DNA from: a virus
Lineage: Duplodnaviria > Caudoviricetes
Strand: one strand, 5' to 3'
Length of the DNA stretch: 64,000 nt
IMG/VR virus record: IMGVR_UViG_3300020371_000002
A model generated the notes under the pieces. That model was not told the origin of the DNA. It did not search any database and worked only from the letters and a program-made list of their open reading frames with translations. Within the stretch, counting starts at the first letter, position 1, and the number at the start of each line of letters is the position of its first letter. Shown one piece after another: positions 34,523 to 44,353 of this stretch. The translations under genes and the position numbers were made by a program.

Positions 34523-35382
34523 TATTTACTCCAATCTTGAATTACCCATCTCTCGGGCACAATGTCAGATGTGTCTAGATTTGACATTGCAGTACCAAAC
34601 CATTTCTTAGGATCAGGTGCAATAATCTTTCCACGATCTTTCTGCAACCAAGCACCCCACCATGAGAATGAAGAGTTGGCGATAATGCCACCAGAACATA
34701 GAGACATCAAACACAGATCTACCTGAGGTAGAAGTGTGTTCTGCATCTTTCCAGTACCATCAATAGTTTTATATGTGTATCTCTCGTTCCCTTCGTTAAA
34801 CATGAAGCGATCATCATCAAAGAAGGGTTCATTCTTACACCACTCAATGTCATCAGTGAATACAAAGCAAGGTGTATCTACTGGGAAGTGTGAGAGCGAA
34901 TCCTGAAAATATCGTATCGGGAGGATGGGATGGTACTCTTCCCTTCCGATGTTGTCAGATTGGCGAATATGCAAGAAAATAGGAGGCCTATCCAGGCTAC
35001 TAATAATATCTTTACAAGGATCGAGAAAATCTGATCTGAAGGTGAAGTCTTCACGGATCTGATCGGCGATGTGTCTGAAGTATTTCTCCGTTTGGAGATA
35101 CGCATCAATATTAACACCATCCTTGGTGTTGAACAACGCTTCGTCAAAGTTATGGTTGGATTCCGTAACACTTCTAGCGTTACAAATACCAAGGTTATCT
35201 GGTTTACAGTTAACCATTTCAAAGGTCTCAAAAAGACCGTAGTTGTCCTTATGATCTACATCATCGGATGGAATTTGCCAATGGTAACCATTGTAGGCAG
35301 CAATACCCCTGAGGGAGGCATACTGGAACATTTGATTACCCAGTCTGCCATTACTACCAAGTCTATTATAGCTAATAGTCAA
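34522..35382 (-). CDS. GT11 fucosyltransferase-like, paralog 3
   Basis: GRLGNQMFQYA, FLHIRQSD, IANSSFSWWGAWL. Confidence 0.9.
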   Translation of the reverse strand: MTISYNRLGSNGRLGNQMFQYASLRGIAAYNGYHWQIPSDDVDHKDNYGLFETFEMVNCKPDNLGICNARSVTESNHNFDEALFNTKDGVNIDAYLQTEKYFRHIADQIREDFTFRSDFLDPCKDIISSLDRPPIFLHIRQSDNIGREEYHPILPIRYFQDSLSHFPVDTPCFVFTDDIEWCKNEPFFDDDRFMFNEGNERYTYKTIDGTGKMQNTLLPQVDLCLMSLCSGGIIANSSFSWWGAWLQKDRGKIIAPDPKKWFGTAMSNLDTSDIVPERWVIQDWSK

Positions 35383-36545
35383 AGATCAATCCTCCACACG
35401 GTTTCATAAACTTCAGATGGATTGTTTACAAAGATAAGATTGTCATCACCATACTTATCACACAACTCATCTTCATATCGTTGTTTCACATCGTCGATTT
35501 CTTGAACATAAACCTTATATCCCTTTTCAAGGAGGTCGGTTACCAGTCGGAATCTAGGACTCTCAACTACCATATCAGTGCCAATCTTATAAGAGATACT
35601 TTCGATGAAGAAAGGCAGATTGTCTACGTTCTTTTCGATACAATAATTGCAGATAAAATCTGCGTGTGCATCATTGAAATCGTCTGTTACTTGAGGAAGA
35701 CTATACTTAAGACCAACTTGATCAGCATAGTGTCCTAATGCCCTATTGTCACGAGGCAAACATGGACCACCGAAGCCCAATCCGTAACGCAAGTATTTAG
35801 AACCGACTCTAGAGTCATCTCCTACAGCTTGAAGGATACTATCAATCTCTGAACCACATCCAGAATTGTACAAAATCTGACCCATCATATTGGCATAACT
35901 GATCTTGTAAGTAAGGAAACAGTTGACTCCAATTTTAGTAATCTCAGCAGCAGTGCGAGACATTCTATGAAACTTAACAGGAGTATCTTGAATGTCGTCA
36001 AAGATCCCTTCGATTAATTCAAATCCACGTCGATAGTTTTCTCCATACTCACCGCCGCAGAGAATCATATCTGCGGTTCTCATGTCTTTGATAATAGATC
36101 CCTGAGCAATAAACTCTGGATTGTAATATACATTAATTCCACGACCTTCAAGACGTTTTTCTACTTCATCTGAATATCCTGGATTTGTAGTACATCCAAT
36201 AACAAAGATCTTATTATCAAGAGATGGTGCTTTAATTAGATCTTCAACAACTTGATCCACATATGTAGAATCATAACTACCATCCTCAAGAGATGGCGTA
36301 GGAACAAATGTGAAGATGATATCAGAGTTTCTGATTACATCTTGATTGTTAGTTGTAGCACGAAGATTTTCAGAACGCATCAGAAGTTCTTCTACCTCTG
36401 GTTCGTTGCTGAAAATCTCCTTGTTATTGATCTGTTCAACATACTTAGATACCACATCGGATACCAATAGACTGTGACCAGACTCTTCACACAGTAGTGC
36501 AAAACAGATGCCAAGTCTACCCGCACCGATTACGCCGATACGCAT
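35379..36545 (-). CDS. ugd: UDP-glucose 6-dehydrogenase family
   Basis: GAGRLG, FVPTP, YNPEFIAQG, AEITK...N, GFGGPCLPRD. Confidence 0.9.
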   Translation of the reverse strand: MRIGVIGAGRLGICFALLCEESGHSLLVSDVVSKYVEQINNKEIFSNEPEVEELLMRSENLRATTNNQDVIRNSDIIFTFVPTPSLEDGSYDSTYVDQVVEDLIKAPSLDNKIFVIGCTTNPGYSDEVEKRLEGRGINVYYNPEFIAQGSIIKDMRTADMILCGGEYGENYRRGFELIEGIFDDIQDTPVKFHRMSRTAAEITKIGVNCFLTYKISYANMMGQILYNSGCGSEIDSILQAVGDDSRVGSKYLRYGLGFGGPCLPRDNRALGHYADQVGLKYSLPQVTDDFNDAHADFICNYCIEKNVDNLPFFIESISYKIGTDMVVESPRFRLVTDLLEKGYKVYVQEIDDVKQRYEDELCDKYGDDNLIFVNNPSEVYETVWRIDL

Positions 36546-37312
36546 TCTTTTTTTACCTCAAGTTTGTATGTAGGGATAGGATTCATTTTATGTTTGTTCT
36601 TGCAGTGGAAGTCATGAAGGACCCTAACTGCAGGACCAGTACCATGTTCCATGGCATATTCTAAATCTTCATAGGATGCACCGATCTGGTCCTCGTCAGT
36701 ACGTCCATCATCCCACAGACCATCCGTGGGTTTTGCATCAATAATCTCAGGGATTACTCCAAAGGTTCTTCCCAGTTCTCGGACCTCTGTTTTGTAAAGA
36801 TCGGCAATCGGAGCAATGTCAACGCCACCGTCACCGTACTTAGTATAAAAACCGACTCCATAATCTTCTACCTTATTACCAGTACCAACTACAATGCCAT
36901 TTACAGATGCAGCAATCTGATAGAGAGTTACCATACGAAGTCTAGAACGAGTGTTTGCACATGCCATCTTATTGATAACATATTCCATACCACATTCCTT
37001 ACCAATGGTCTCAGTAAACTTACCAAAAACATCAGACAAGTCTGCTTTCAGAACTGTCACATTTTTATAGTTCTTTTCTAACCAATACATGTGTGCATCA
37101 GAAAGAGTTTCTTGTGCATCATTCTGTTTGATAGGCATACCCACAACATAAGTTGGTAGACCAGTCTTTGCTGCAAGAGTTGATGATACAGCAGAATCAA
37201 TTCCACCAGACACACCAACTACAAGTGATTCAATTTTATTGTCATTACAATATTTGCACATCCACGCAACGATATCGCAGGTGAGTGTAATGTAATCAGG
37301 AATTCGATTCAT
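36530..37312 (-). CDS. nadE: NH3-dependent NAD+ synthetase
   Basis: VGVSGGIDSAV, NTRSRLRM..LY, GTGNKVEDYGVGFYTKYGDG, KPTDGLWDDGRTDEDQIG. Confidence 0.92.
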   Translation of the reverse strand: MNRIPDYITLTCDIVAWMCKYCNDNKIESLVVGVSGGIDSAVSSTLAAKTGLPTYVVGMPIKQNDAQETLSDAHMYWLEKNYKNVTVLKADLSDVFGKFTETIGKECGMEYVINKMACANTRSRLRMVTLYQIAASVNGIVVGTGNKVEDYGVGFYTKYGDGGVDIAPIADLYKTEVRELGRTFGVIPEIIDAKPTDGLWDDGRTDEDQIGASYEDLEYAMEHGTGPAVRVLHDFHCKNKHKMNPIPTYKLEVKKECVSA

Positions 37313-38132
37313 TGGGGAACTTTTTTGTTGCTAGAATAACAGTGTTTTCATAATCTTTGCCAACATCAAAGGTGTATTCTTCTTTGATCTTGTCTATGAA
37401 GTCATTATAGTGGAAATCATTAAAGTTGACAAGGTTGTAGATAATGTAAGCAAAATTAGCATTTGCAACCAACTTATCATAGTAATCCATTTGTACAGGT
37501 AAACTACACTCGGACAACGCATAGTTGCTGATGAAAAGATCGATGTCTTTGATCTCTTCATACTCAGTGCATGGAATACATTTTACCTTATCTTTGATAT
37601 CTGGGAACTGATCGATGTACTTTCTTTGCAAAGCACTGACCTCTGGAAGGTCAATCAGAATGTACTCATCAAACTCACATACAGAACTAATAACTTTGCA
37701 CAGTCCACCGTATCCGCCACCAACTTCTACAATTCTTTTAAGAGGAATATCCCCTACAAGGAATGCAATCTCAAAGGTGTTCTTAATGTATCTGGCAGTG
37801 GTAGGAGAGATCCAACCAATCTCAGAATACAGTTGTAGATTTGGTTCACCTACACTATCATTCTCCTTAAACTTTTCGATGTTATCGAACAAGTCTTTCT
37901 CACTCATATCAGCAGCCATACTGAGATAGTTGGCTCCCTGTTCCTTCAGAACATGTTCAAGGATAGTAGTGTACTTGGGATTAGCTTTAAACTTTCTAAA
38001 TGCCTCATCAGATTCTACTGCTTCAACACATGCAGCAAGATACTCCTCAGCGATTTGATCTTCTGCTTCCCAACCACTACGATCATTCTTTACTGCCTGT
38101 GCAGTCACATCAATAAATTCAGTGTTACTCAT
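37296..38132 (-). CDS. Putative sugar O-methyltransferase
   Basis: RIVEVGGGYGG SAM motif, LIDLPEV..LQ, FISNYALSEC. Confidence 0.8.
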   Translation of the reverse strand: MSNTEFIDVTAQAVKNDRSGWEAEDQIAEEYLAACVEAVESDEAFRKFKANPKYTTILEHVLKEQGANYLSMAADMSEKDLFDNIEKFKENDSVGEPNLQLYSEIGWISPTTARYIKNTFEIAFLVGDIPLKRIVEVGGGYGGLCKVISSVCEFDEYILIDLPEVSALQRKYIDQFPDIKDKVKCIPCTEYEEIKDIDLFISNYALSECSLPVQMDYYDKLVANANFAYIIYNLVNFNDFHYNDFIDKIKEEYTFDVGKDYENTVILATKKFPNESNS

Positions 38133-38133
38133 T

Positions 38134-39099
38134 TTAAGCTCCTAGTGGATCGATTCTCTGGTTTCTAAGTGGGTCTAGTTGTACAAAATAATTTTTGTAC
38201 ATATAATCTTCTGCAACTCTCATGTTAAGAGCAATCATAAAGTTCTCTTGAATCACATCTTTCTTGGATTCATAGTATTCTGGAGTTAACTTATCCCAAG
38301 GAATATTTTCCCAAGGTTGTTTCTGATCAAGAAAGATAATACCTTCATGATTAAAATATTGTGCAACCCCCGCAGTGCCATAATACACTGGAATGGTTCC
38401 ACACGCAAAACAATCTGTCAACTTCTCAGTAAAGTAAGTTGGATAGTTTGCGTTCTCTACTGCAAAGGAGAACATATAATCTTTTAATGCATCGACCTTA
38501 CTATCGAGAGGCAATTCATTGGGGAGTCCCCAACCAAACAGATCATCACCGCCACGTTCTTGGTAGAATTTTTCCACCACTCTAAGTCTACGGCGATGAC
38601 CTTCAGTATATCCTTTGTTAGAGGCAACCATTGAGACGAGTTTACTCTTTGTGTAAACATCTCTTTCCTTTACCCAAGGAGCAGCATTACTCATGCAGTA
38701 AAGAAACTTACCATCCTCACCTACTTCTTCCGTAAGTCTTTGGTCACAGGTAAAAATACCATCAACCTTTGAAGCAACATAATCATAGTTATCTTCAATA
38801 AACTTATACTGATCAGGAATAATTTCCCTAGACTCTAGAAGCCAAATAAACTTAGGAAGATCTGTAGGATCCCTAAGTGCTTCAAGTGCCATATGATTTA
38901 CATAGAGATTGACCAAACCAGATCCATCTCTTGTCCATCGAGTATAAACAGATCTATTACCAACTGAAGTAGATGGTTCTAGATCGTCATTACAAATCAG
39001 ATTAATTGGAAACTTTTTATCAGGTCCGAGGAAGGGAATATCAACTCCCTGAGGTGACCTCTTGGCCGCCTCAATGACCTGCCTCATTACGTCAGACAT
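38134..39099 (-). CDS. Glycosyltransferase family 10 (alpha-1,3-fucosyltransferase-like)
   Basis: YMFSFAVEN...YFTEKL.DCF..GTIPVYYG. Confidence 0.85.
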   Translation of the reverse strand: MSDVMRQVIEAAKRSPQGVDIPFLGPDKKFPINLICNDDLEPSTSVGNRSVYTRWTRDGSGLVNLYVNHMALEALRDPTDLPKFIWLLESREIIPDQYKFIEDNYDYVASKVDGIFTCDQRLTEEVGEDGKFLYCMSNAAPWVKERDVYTKSKLVSMVASNKGYTEGHRRRLRVVEKFYQERGGDDLFGWGLPNELPLDSKVDALKDYMFSFAVENANYPTYFTEKLTDCFACGTIPVYYGTAGVAQYFNHEGIIFLDQKQPWENIPWDKLTPEYYESKKDVIQENFMIALNMRVAEDYMYKNYFVQLDPLRNQRIDPLGA

Positions 39100-39940
39100 A
39101 CTCTCCTTTCATGTCATTGAACACATTAGTAATACCATCCTGAATGGAAGTTTTTGCCTTCCAGAATCGGTTAATATATGTATCAGCTTCGTTCCTCTTA
39201 TCTTTTTGAACTTCATCCTTAGAATTTGCAGGAGAGATCTTCACATCATGTCCTAATTTAGAGAACAGGAACTGAATAATCTCAGCAATTTCTAGGATAG
39301 TTGTCTGTTGGAATGAAGTGATATGGAGATTGTCATCAGGTCCAATCTCTTCATAGTTTTCCATGACTGCTTCAAGTGCTTCACAACAGTCTTCCGCATA
39401 CAGAAACTCACGTTGTTCTGTACCATCAGTCAGCATAGAGATATCACCCTCTTCAAATCCTTTCTTGATGAAGTCGGTAATGACATGGGCTTTATCCATG
39501 TCTTTCTCAATGCCATAAACGTTCCAGAAGTGAACAATCTTACCACCAAGAGACTTGGTATAAAGTTCACCAACACGTTTCATCACACCATAAGGAGAGT
39601 AACTCATGTTACTCATCTGAGATGATGCGAATACAAATTTCTTTTTGTACTTCGAAAGCAAACCAAAAGTGTTTGCCATCAAACGAGCATTGTTATCAAT
39701 AAAATTAAAAGTATGTTGATACTTTTTCAGATACCGAGAACCACCAACATCAAAGGCAAGAAAGAAACAAAAGTCGCAATCCATAATACACTTTTCGAGA
39801 AAAGGATTAGGAATCTTACCTAGATCTTCATGCTCACCATTGTTCTTATCGAACTCTTTCACCATATGTCCCTTACCACGAAGGTATTCGGTCAGGTAAG
39901 CACCTACCTGACCCGAGGAACCAAGAACTAAAATATTCAT
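39092..39940 (-). CDS. NAD-dependent epimerase/dehydratase
   Basis: LGSSGQVG, LAFDVGG, YGVMK (YxxxK), NVYG, REFLYAED. Confidence 0.88.
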   Translation of the reverse strand: MNILVLGSSGQVGAYLTEYLRGKGHMVKEFDKNNGEHEDLGKIPNPFLEKCIMDCDFCFFLAFDVGGSRYLKKYQHTFNFIDNNARLMANTFGLLSKYKKKFVFASSQMSNMSYSPYGVMKRVGELYTKSLGGKIVHFWNVYGIEKDMDKAHVITDFIKKGFEEGDISMLTDGTEQREFLYAEDCCEALEAVMENYEEIGPDDNLHITSFQQTTILEIAEIIQFLFSKLGHDVKISPANSKDEVQKDKRNEADTYINRFWKAKTSIQDGITNVFNDMKGEYV

Positions 39941-40536
39941 TCTTTCCAAGTAATGTTATGCTTACCACCAAAGTTTACCAGACCAGTGCCACTCATGTGA
40001 CCGATCTCAGTAACATCGAGTTTCTCTTCGGGAATCTCATCCCACATGTCCTGAACCTCAGGCCAACCAGGACCAATATCATCCAGAAGCATGATACCTT
40101 TCCATCCCACTTCGTTGAGGAATTCCATCATCTCAACTTCCTGAACGCCATCATGAGGATCAACGTCAATCATAATGATTGAGATGTTCTTCCAATCCAG
40201 AGTATCATCCGAACGGAAGTCTTGAATCTTCCAAGTGATGTTATCTTTCTGAATCTGACTTGCACCCTGTTCCATCAGGTCATAACTAATGACTTGATTC
40301 TTTTCATTGTAGGAAAGGGCAAGTGCAGAACCACCAGTACGAGTACCTACATCAAGGATAGTGGTGTTATTAAATTGTTTAGACAACCAAGCATACAAAC
40401 GATACTCACTCTGACCAGCAGAGAGCCAATCATTTGAATTGATAGAAATAGATTCCAGAGCAGAAACATCAAGTTTCCGAACTGCATCCTTATCAATTTT
40501 AATAGTTTTCTTTCTTACAGTTGTAGCACTAGACAT
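39937..40536 (-). CDS. Class I SAM-dependent methyltransferase
   Basis: ILDVGTRTGGS, IDVDPH, LLDDI. Confidence 0.8.
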   Translation of the reverse strand: MSSATTVRKKTIKIDKDAVRKLDVSALESISINSNDWLSAGQSEYRLYAWLSKQFNNTTILDVGTRTGGSALALSYNEKNQVISYDLMEQGASQIQKDNITWKIQDFRSDDTLDWKNISIIMIDVDPHDGVQEVEMMEFLNEVGWKGIMLLDDIGPGWPEVQDMWDEIPEEKLDVTEIGHMSGTGLVNFGGKHNITWKE

Positions 40537-41608
40537 TTACAAGTTCCTTTTCAGTTGTTTTACGAGATTCAATTTGAGCAGAGATCCACTCATAGGTTTT
40601 ACGGATACCTTCCTCAAGGGTTTGAGAATAATCCCAACCAAGTTTCTCACGAACAAGGTCGTTGTTGGAATTACGTCCACGGACACCAAGTGGTGCGTCG
40701 AGTTTATGTCTCTTCTGTACCACTTTACCAGAGACTTTTGCAGCAGTCTCTACAAGCTGATTGATGGTTACCATCTCTTCCGATCCAATGTTTACTGGAC
40801 CTTGGAACTCAGACTGCATCAACCTCCAAGTCGCTTCGATGCATTCATCAATGAACAGGAAGGAACGAGTCTGTAAGCCATCTCCCCACACCTCGATTGA
40901 TCCACCTGTGATCGGGAGGAGAGCGACTTTGCGGCAGATTGCAGCTGGTGCTTTCTCTCTTCCACCGTCCCAGGTTCCCTCAGGACCAAAGATGTTGTGA
41001 TAGCGAGCGACCCTAACAGGAATACCGTAATTACGGGAGTAAGTAAGATAGAGTCTCTCGGAGAATAATTTTTCCCACCCGTATTCAGAGTCGGGATTGG
41101 CGGGATATGCGGAGGATTCACGGCAATCAGGGTTGTCAGGATCTAATTGATTATGTTCTGGGTACATACAAGCAGAAGAACTATAGAAGATCTTCGTAGT
41201 ATTCTTACCCATTCTATCATTATATTTCTGCACACAATCGAGAAGATTCAAATTGATAGATGCAGAGTTGTGCATGATGTCAGCATCATTTTCACCAGTA
41301 AAGATGAAACCTGCGCCTCCCATATCAGCAGCAAACTGATAGATCTCATCAAAAGGTTCGGTAAACTTCTCTTCAATACTATTATAGTAATTGCCAAGAA
41401 CTCCTGCGAAGCGGATGCACCTCCTTACAGTTCCATAGTCTCTAAGATCAGCGACGATAAACTCGTCTGCTTCAGTCTTAGAAAACTCAGGTTCTTTGAG
41501 GTCTACACCACGCACCCAGTAACCTTCGGTCTTAAGTCTCTTAACCATGTGACTTCCAATAAAGCCACCCGCACCGAGAACCAGTGCAGTTTTTTGTCTT
41601 TCAGCCAT
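40529..41608 (-). CDS. GDP-mannose 3',5'-epimerase-like SDR
   Basis: GAGGFIG, AADMGGAGFI, SSSACMYPE, YGWEK, RYHNIFGPEG.W.GGREKAPAA.CRK, RGRNSNN. Confidence 0.88.
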   Translation of the reverse strand: MAERQKTALVLGAGGFIGSHMVKRLKTEGYWVRGVDLKEPEFSKTEADEFIVADLRDYGTVRRCIRFAGVLGNYYNSIEEKFTEPFDEIYQFAADMGGAGFIFTGENDADIMHNSASINLNLLDCVQKYNDRMGKNTTKIFYSSSACMYPEHNQLDPDNPDCRESSAYPANPDSEYGWEKLFSERLYLTYSRNYGIPVRVARYHNIFGPEGTWDGGREKAPAAICRKVALLPITGGSIEVWGDGLQTRSFLFIDECIEATWRLMQSEFQGPVNIGSEEMVTINQLVETAAKVSGKVVQKRHKLDAPLGVRGRNSNNDLVREKLGWDYSQTLEEGIRKTYEWISAQIESRKTTEKELVNV

Positions 41609-41643
41609 AAGTGTTTGGATAGTGTAGCAGTTTATTTAGTATA

Positions 41644-42381
41644 TCATTTAGATTGAATTTTGTCTAAAAATGGTGTGGGATTCCACCCCATTTCCCTTAG
41701 TACAACTGGGTTTGCTTTCAGAATATCTGGTTCTTTAGGAGTCCACTCTTGAATAGGAAGTTCGTTCTCACCAATCAAAGCATTTGCGAATTCCAACACA
41801 GATGTAGCTACTCCCGTACCCACGTCTACTACACCAGTATAGTCTGAATAGATTAATTTTTCAATAGCACTACAAACATCTTCAACGTGAACCCAGTCTC
41901 TTTTGTGTCGTGTTAGATATCTTGCCGTTCCTTCTTGCAACATTCTATAGAGCATATCATCTCTACTTCCTTCCTCTGCCCATACGTTAAAGAACCTCAT
42001 ACCCACACTGTTAGGTGGTGCCATGACTTCATTGACCTTCTTGGTCATTACATATGGATTCCTCCACCACTCATAAACTCCTGCAGAACTGGCATACAAT
42101 AGCCTGATTTCGTTCCTTCTACAGTAATCAAAGATAGGTTTAGTTTTTTCTACATTATTTTTCCAGAAAACTTCTGGTTTATCAATACTTTCTCTAAGTG
42201 CAGCAAATGCAGCAAGATGAACAACACAATCAAATGGTGGTGAGAATACTTTCTCGTACCTATCCCATTCACCAATGTCATCAGGAAAATCAAGCCCGTA
42301 AGTTTCGTGTCCTTTACGAGTCAAGGTTTCATAGACATGAGATCCAATAAAACCTTTATGTCCTGTGATTAAAATTTTCAC
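41644..42381 (-). CDS. NAD-dependent epimerase/dehydratase
   Basis: ITGHKGFIG, VHLAA, YASSA, YVMTK, RFFNV. Confidence 0.88.
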   Translation of the reverse strand: MKILITGHKGFIGSHVYETLTRKGHETYGLDFPDDIGEWDRYEKVFSPPFDCVVHLAAFAALRESIDKPEVFWKNNVEKTKPIFDYCRRNEIRLLYASSAGVYEWWRNPYVMTKKVNEVMAPPNSVGMRFFNVWAEEGSRDDMLYRMLQEGTARYLTRHKRDWVHVEDVCSAIEKLIYSDYTGVVDVGTGVATSVLEFANALIGENELPIQEWTPKEPDILKANPVVLREMGWNPTPFLDKIQSK

Positions 42382-43019
42382 TGACCAACCCCAGTTACCT
42401 TAGGATCTTCCTGAGAACCAGCAGTATTAGTGACTCGAAGTCCATTAACACCCTGCCACCATCCAGTGATGATGTATTTTCTACTCGCAGGAGGATTACC
42501 TCTATGTAGATGAGTAAAACTTGCAGGCCATATAACTACTCTACCTGCCTTGGGTTTTACTCTGATACCCTGATACAAATATTCTGTTTCCCCTGCATCA
42601 ACATCGTTCAAATAAATCATCCACGCAAGAACTCTATCATGGACATTCCAATCAGTGTTCTCAGCGTGGAACATATGATAACCGCCACCTCTAGGTTCGG
42701 TAATTTGTAGAAGGGCAGCACTACTAACGTAGTTAAAACTAGAAAGATATGGAAAGGCAGAAATATAATTCAAAAGGCATGGTTCGAGTGCATTTGCATA
42801 CAATGCACCCACAGCCGCATTATGAGAACTATCCAAAACAAGTTGTCTATCTTGGATACCAAAAGTATGTCTAGGAGAAACAAGGTGACTAGTGTCACCA
42901 ATCTCCATCATTTTCTGACAAAAATCTTCAGGAACTACATTGTCGTAGATGCCAATGAAATCTGAGATTGTCACATTTAGATCGGAATCAGGTTCCAGAT
43001 CCATTATTTCTTTGTCCAT
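42378..43019 (-). CDS. Fe(II)/2OG oxygenase (P4H-like)
   Basis: FHAE...RVLAWMIYLNDV..GET...IWPASFTHLH...KYIITGW. Confidence 0.85.
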   Translation of the reverse strand: MDKEIMDLEPDSDLNVTISDFIGIYDNVVPEDFCQKMMEIGDTSHLVSPRHTFGIQDRQLVLDSSHNAAVGALYANALEPCLLNYISAFPYLSSFNYVSSAALLQITEPRGGGYHMFHAENTDWNVHDRVLAWMIYLNDVDAGETEYLYQGIRVKPKAGRVVIWPASFTHLHRGNPPASRKYIITGWWQGVNGLRVTNTAGSQEDPKVTGVGQ

Positions 43020-43031
43020 AAAATCCTTTTG

Positions 43032-43116
43032 CTCGCCACCTTATTTTAGGAATAAGGAAACCCGAGGGGTCGTAAGACCATCCCGACCAGGGCTGTTAGA
43101 GTCCTTCCGTGACTAA
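43032..43116 (-). ncRNA. Structured leader RNA, wcaG-motif-like
   Basis: Stems AGTC/GACT, GGTC/GACC and CCTTATT/AATAAGG, ending in GUGGCG; upstream of the glycosylation cluster. Confidence 0.45.
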
Positions 43117-43808
43117 AATTTCAGGTGTAGATAATTGGTCCCGTAACCATATCTATCAGCGTATTGTTTAGTAGAATGTTTTTCACCAAATTCACCATCT
43201 AACATAAAGTTAAATGCAATACTATATCTTACAGGTCCATCTGATTTTGTGTTAATCGGATTGACCATGTGGCTCAGATGTGAAGGGAAAAGATACAACG
43301 TTCCTTCGTCAGGTGCGAATTGTTTCACACAAGTATTGATGTCAGTAACATCTTCAACGTTTATTTCCCAATCATCTGTGCTCCAAGTGGGTCCACTTCT
43401 GAAGAATTGAATTTCCCCACCCTCATTTGGGTCATTTACACGGGGATAAAATACCCCACTAAACAAAGCATTAGAATGCCAATGCTTAACAGCATAACAC
43501 TGATCCTGATACCTATTACACCAAGAGGTGACACAATGTATCTTATGAATATTTCGGTCGATACTCAATACATTGTATAGGTAGACTTCTACTTCCTTCA
43601 TAATCATGTCTCGGACTTTTTCCATGCCTGGAACATCCAAAACACTTTTAATTTGTGTCACAGATCCATTGGATCTGCCCAACTGATCAACATCCTGTCT
43701 CCATTCAAGTTCTTCTAAGATGTTAACCATCTCAAAGAACTCTTTTGGCCTGAAAGGAAGTTGTGCCTCGTATAGAGGGGTAGGAAATAGTAAATGTAAT
43801 TGCGCCAT
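43113..43808 (-). CDS. Putative Fe(II)/2OG oxygenase (TIGR02466-like)
   Basis: LFPTPL, SWCN, HWHSNALFSGVFY, LFPSHL.H, RYSIAFN. Confidence 0.85.
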   Translation of the reverse strand: MAQLHLLFPTPLYEAQLPFRPKEFFEMVNILEELEWRQDVDQLGRSNGSVTQIKSVLDVPGMEKVRDMIMKEVEVYLYNVLSIDRNIHKIHCVTSWCNRYQDQCYAVKHWHSNALFSGVFYPRVNDPNEGGEIQFFRSGPTWSTDDWEINVEDVTDINTCVKQFAPDEGTLYLFPSHLSHMVNPINTKSDGPVRYSIAFNFMLDGEFGEKHSTKQYADRYGYGTNYLHLKF

Positions 43809-43824
43809 AGCTCCACCAGGGTTT

Positions 43825-44073
43825 TTAACGACTCTCCATGTCGTACACGTCACCCTTCACATAACAAGGAACGCCAGCTGGATCAAGCCATTTTGTGTAC
43901 TCGAAGTCTTCAATAGCATAGTCCAGTTGAATACCATTGTCAAGAAGATACATGTCTTTGTACCTCCTAGTCCACTCATCGAACTTTTGAATTCGATAAT
44001 CTGGCATTCCGTTGATTTCAAGAGTACCGCATTGAACGTAACGGTACGGATAACGTTCGAGAATTACATCCAT
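43825..44073 (-). CDS. Conserved cyanophage hypothetical protein
   Basis: MDVILERYPYRYVQCG...RYKDMYLLDN..QL.YA.EDFEYTKWLDP. Confidence 0.7.
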   Translation of the reverse strand: MDVILERYPYRYVQCGTLEINGMPDYRIQKFDEWTRRYKDMYLLDNGIQLDYAIEDFEYTKWLDPAGVPCYVKGDVYDMESR

Positions 44074-44084
44074 TGTATTCAGTT

Positions 44085-44300
44085 TTAGGCTACTTCCACG
44101 CCTTCGAGATCGCGAACAAGGCAATCAAGAAGGATCTCATAATCATCTAGAGGTTCTCCTGAAAATTCATAACCTTCGTTTTGATAATAGCGAACTACTT
44201 TTTTATACAATTTAGGGTTCTTTACATCCAAATAAATTTCCCCAGTAGCAGCAAGACGAAGAGTTTCGATTTCTTTCTTGAACTTAGTAGTGACGGACAT
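44085..44300 (-). CDS. Conserved cyanophage hypothetical protein
   Basis: LDVKNPKLYKKVVRYYQNEG...DDYEIL. Confidence 0.7.
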   Translation of the reverse strand: MSVTTKFKKEIETLRLAATGEIYLDVKNPKLYKKVVRYYQNEGYEFSGEPLDDYEILLDCLVRDLEGVEVA

Positions 44301-44324
44301 TTTCCCGTGAATGTTTACTGTTGA

Positions 44325-44353
44325 ATTATAGGGGATAACCCTTATGAAGTCAA
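44325..44353 (-). promoter_or_regulatory. Sigma70-type promoter
   Basis: TTGACT-17nt-TATAAT. Confidence 0.75.
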
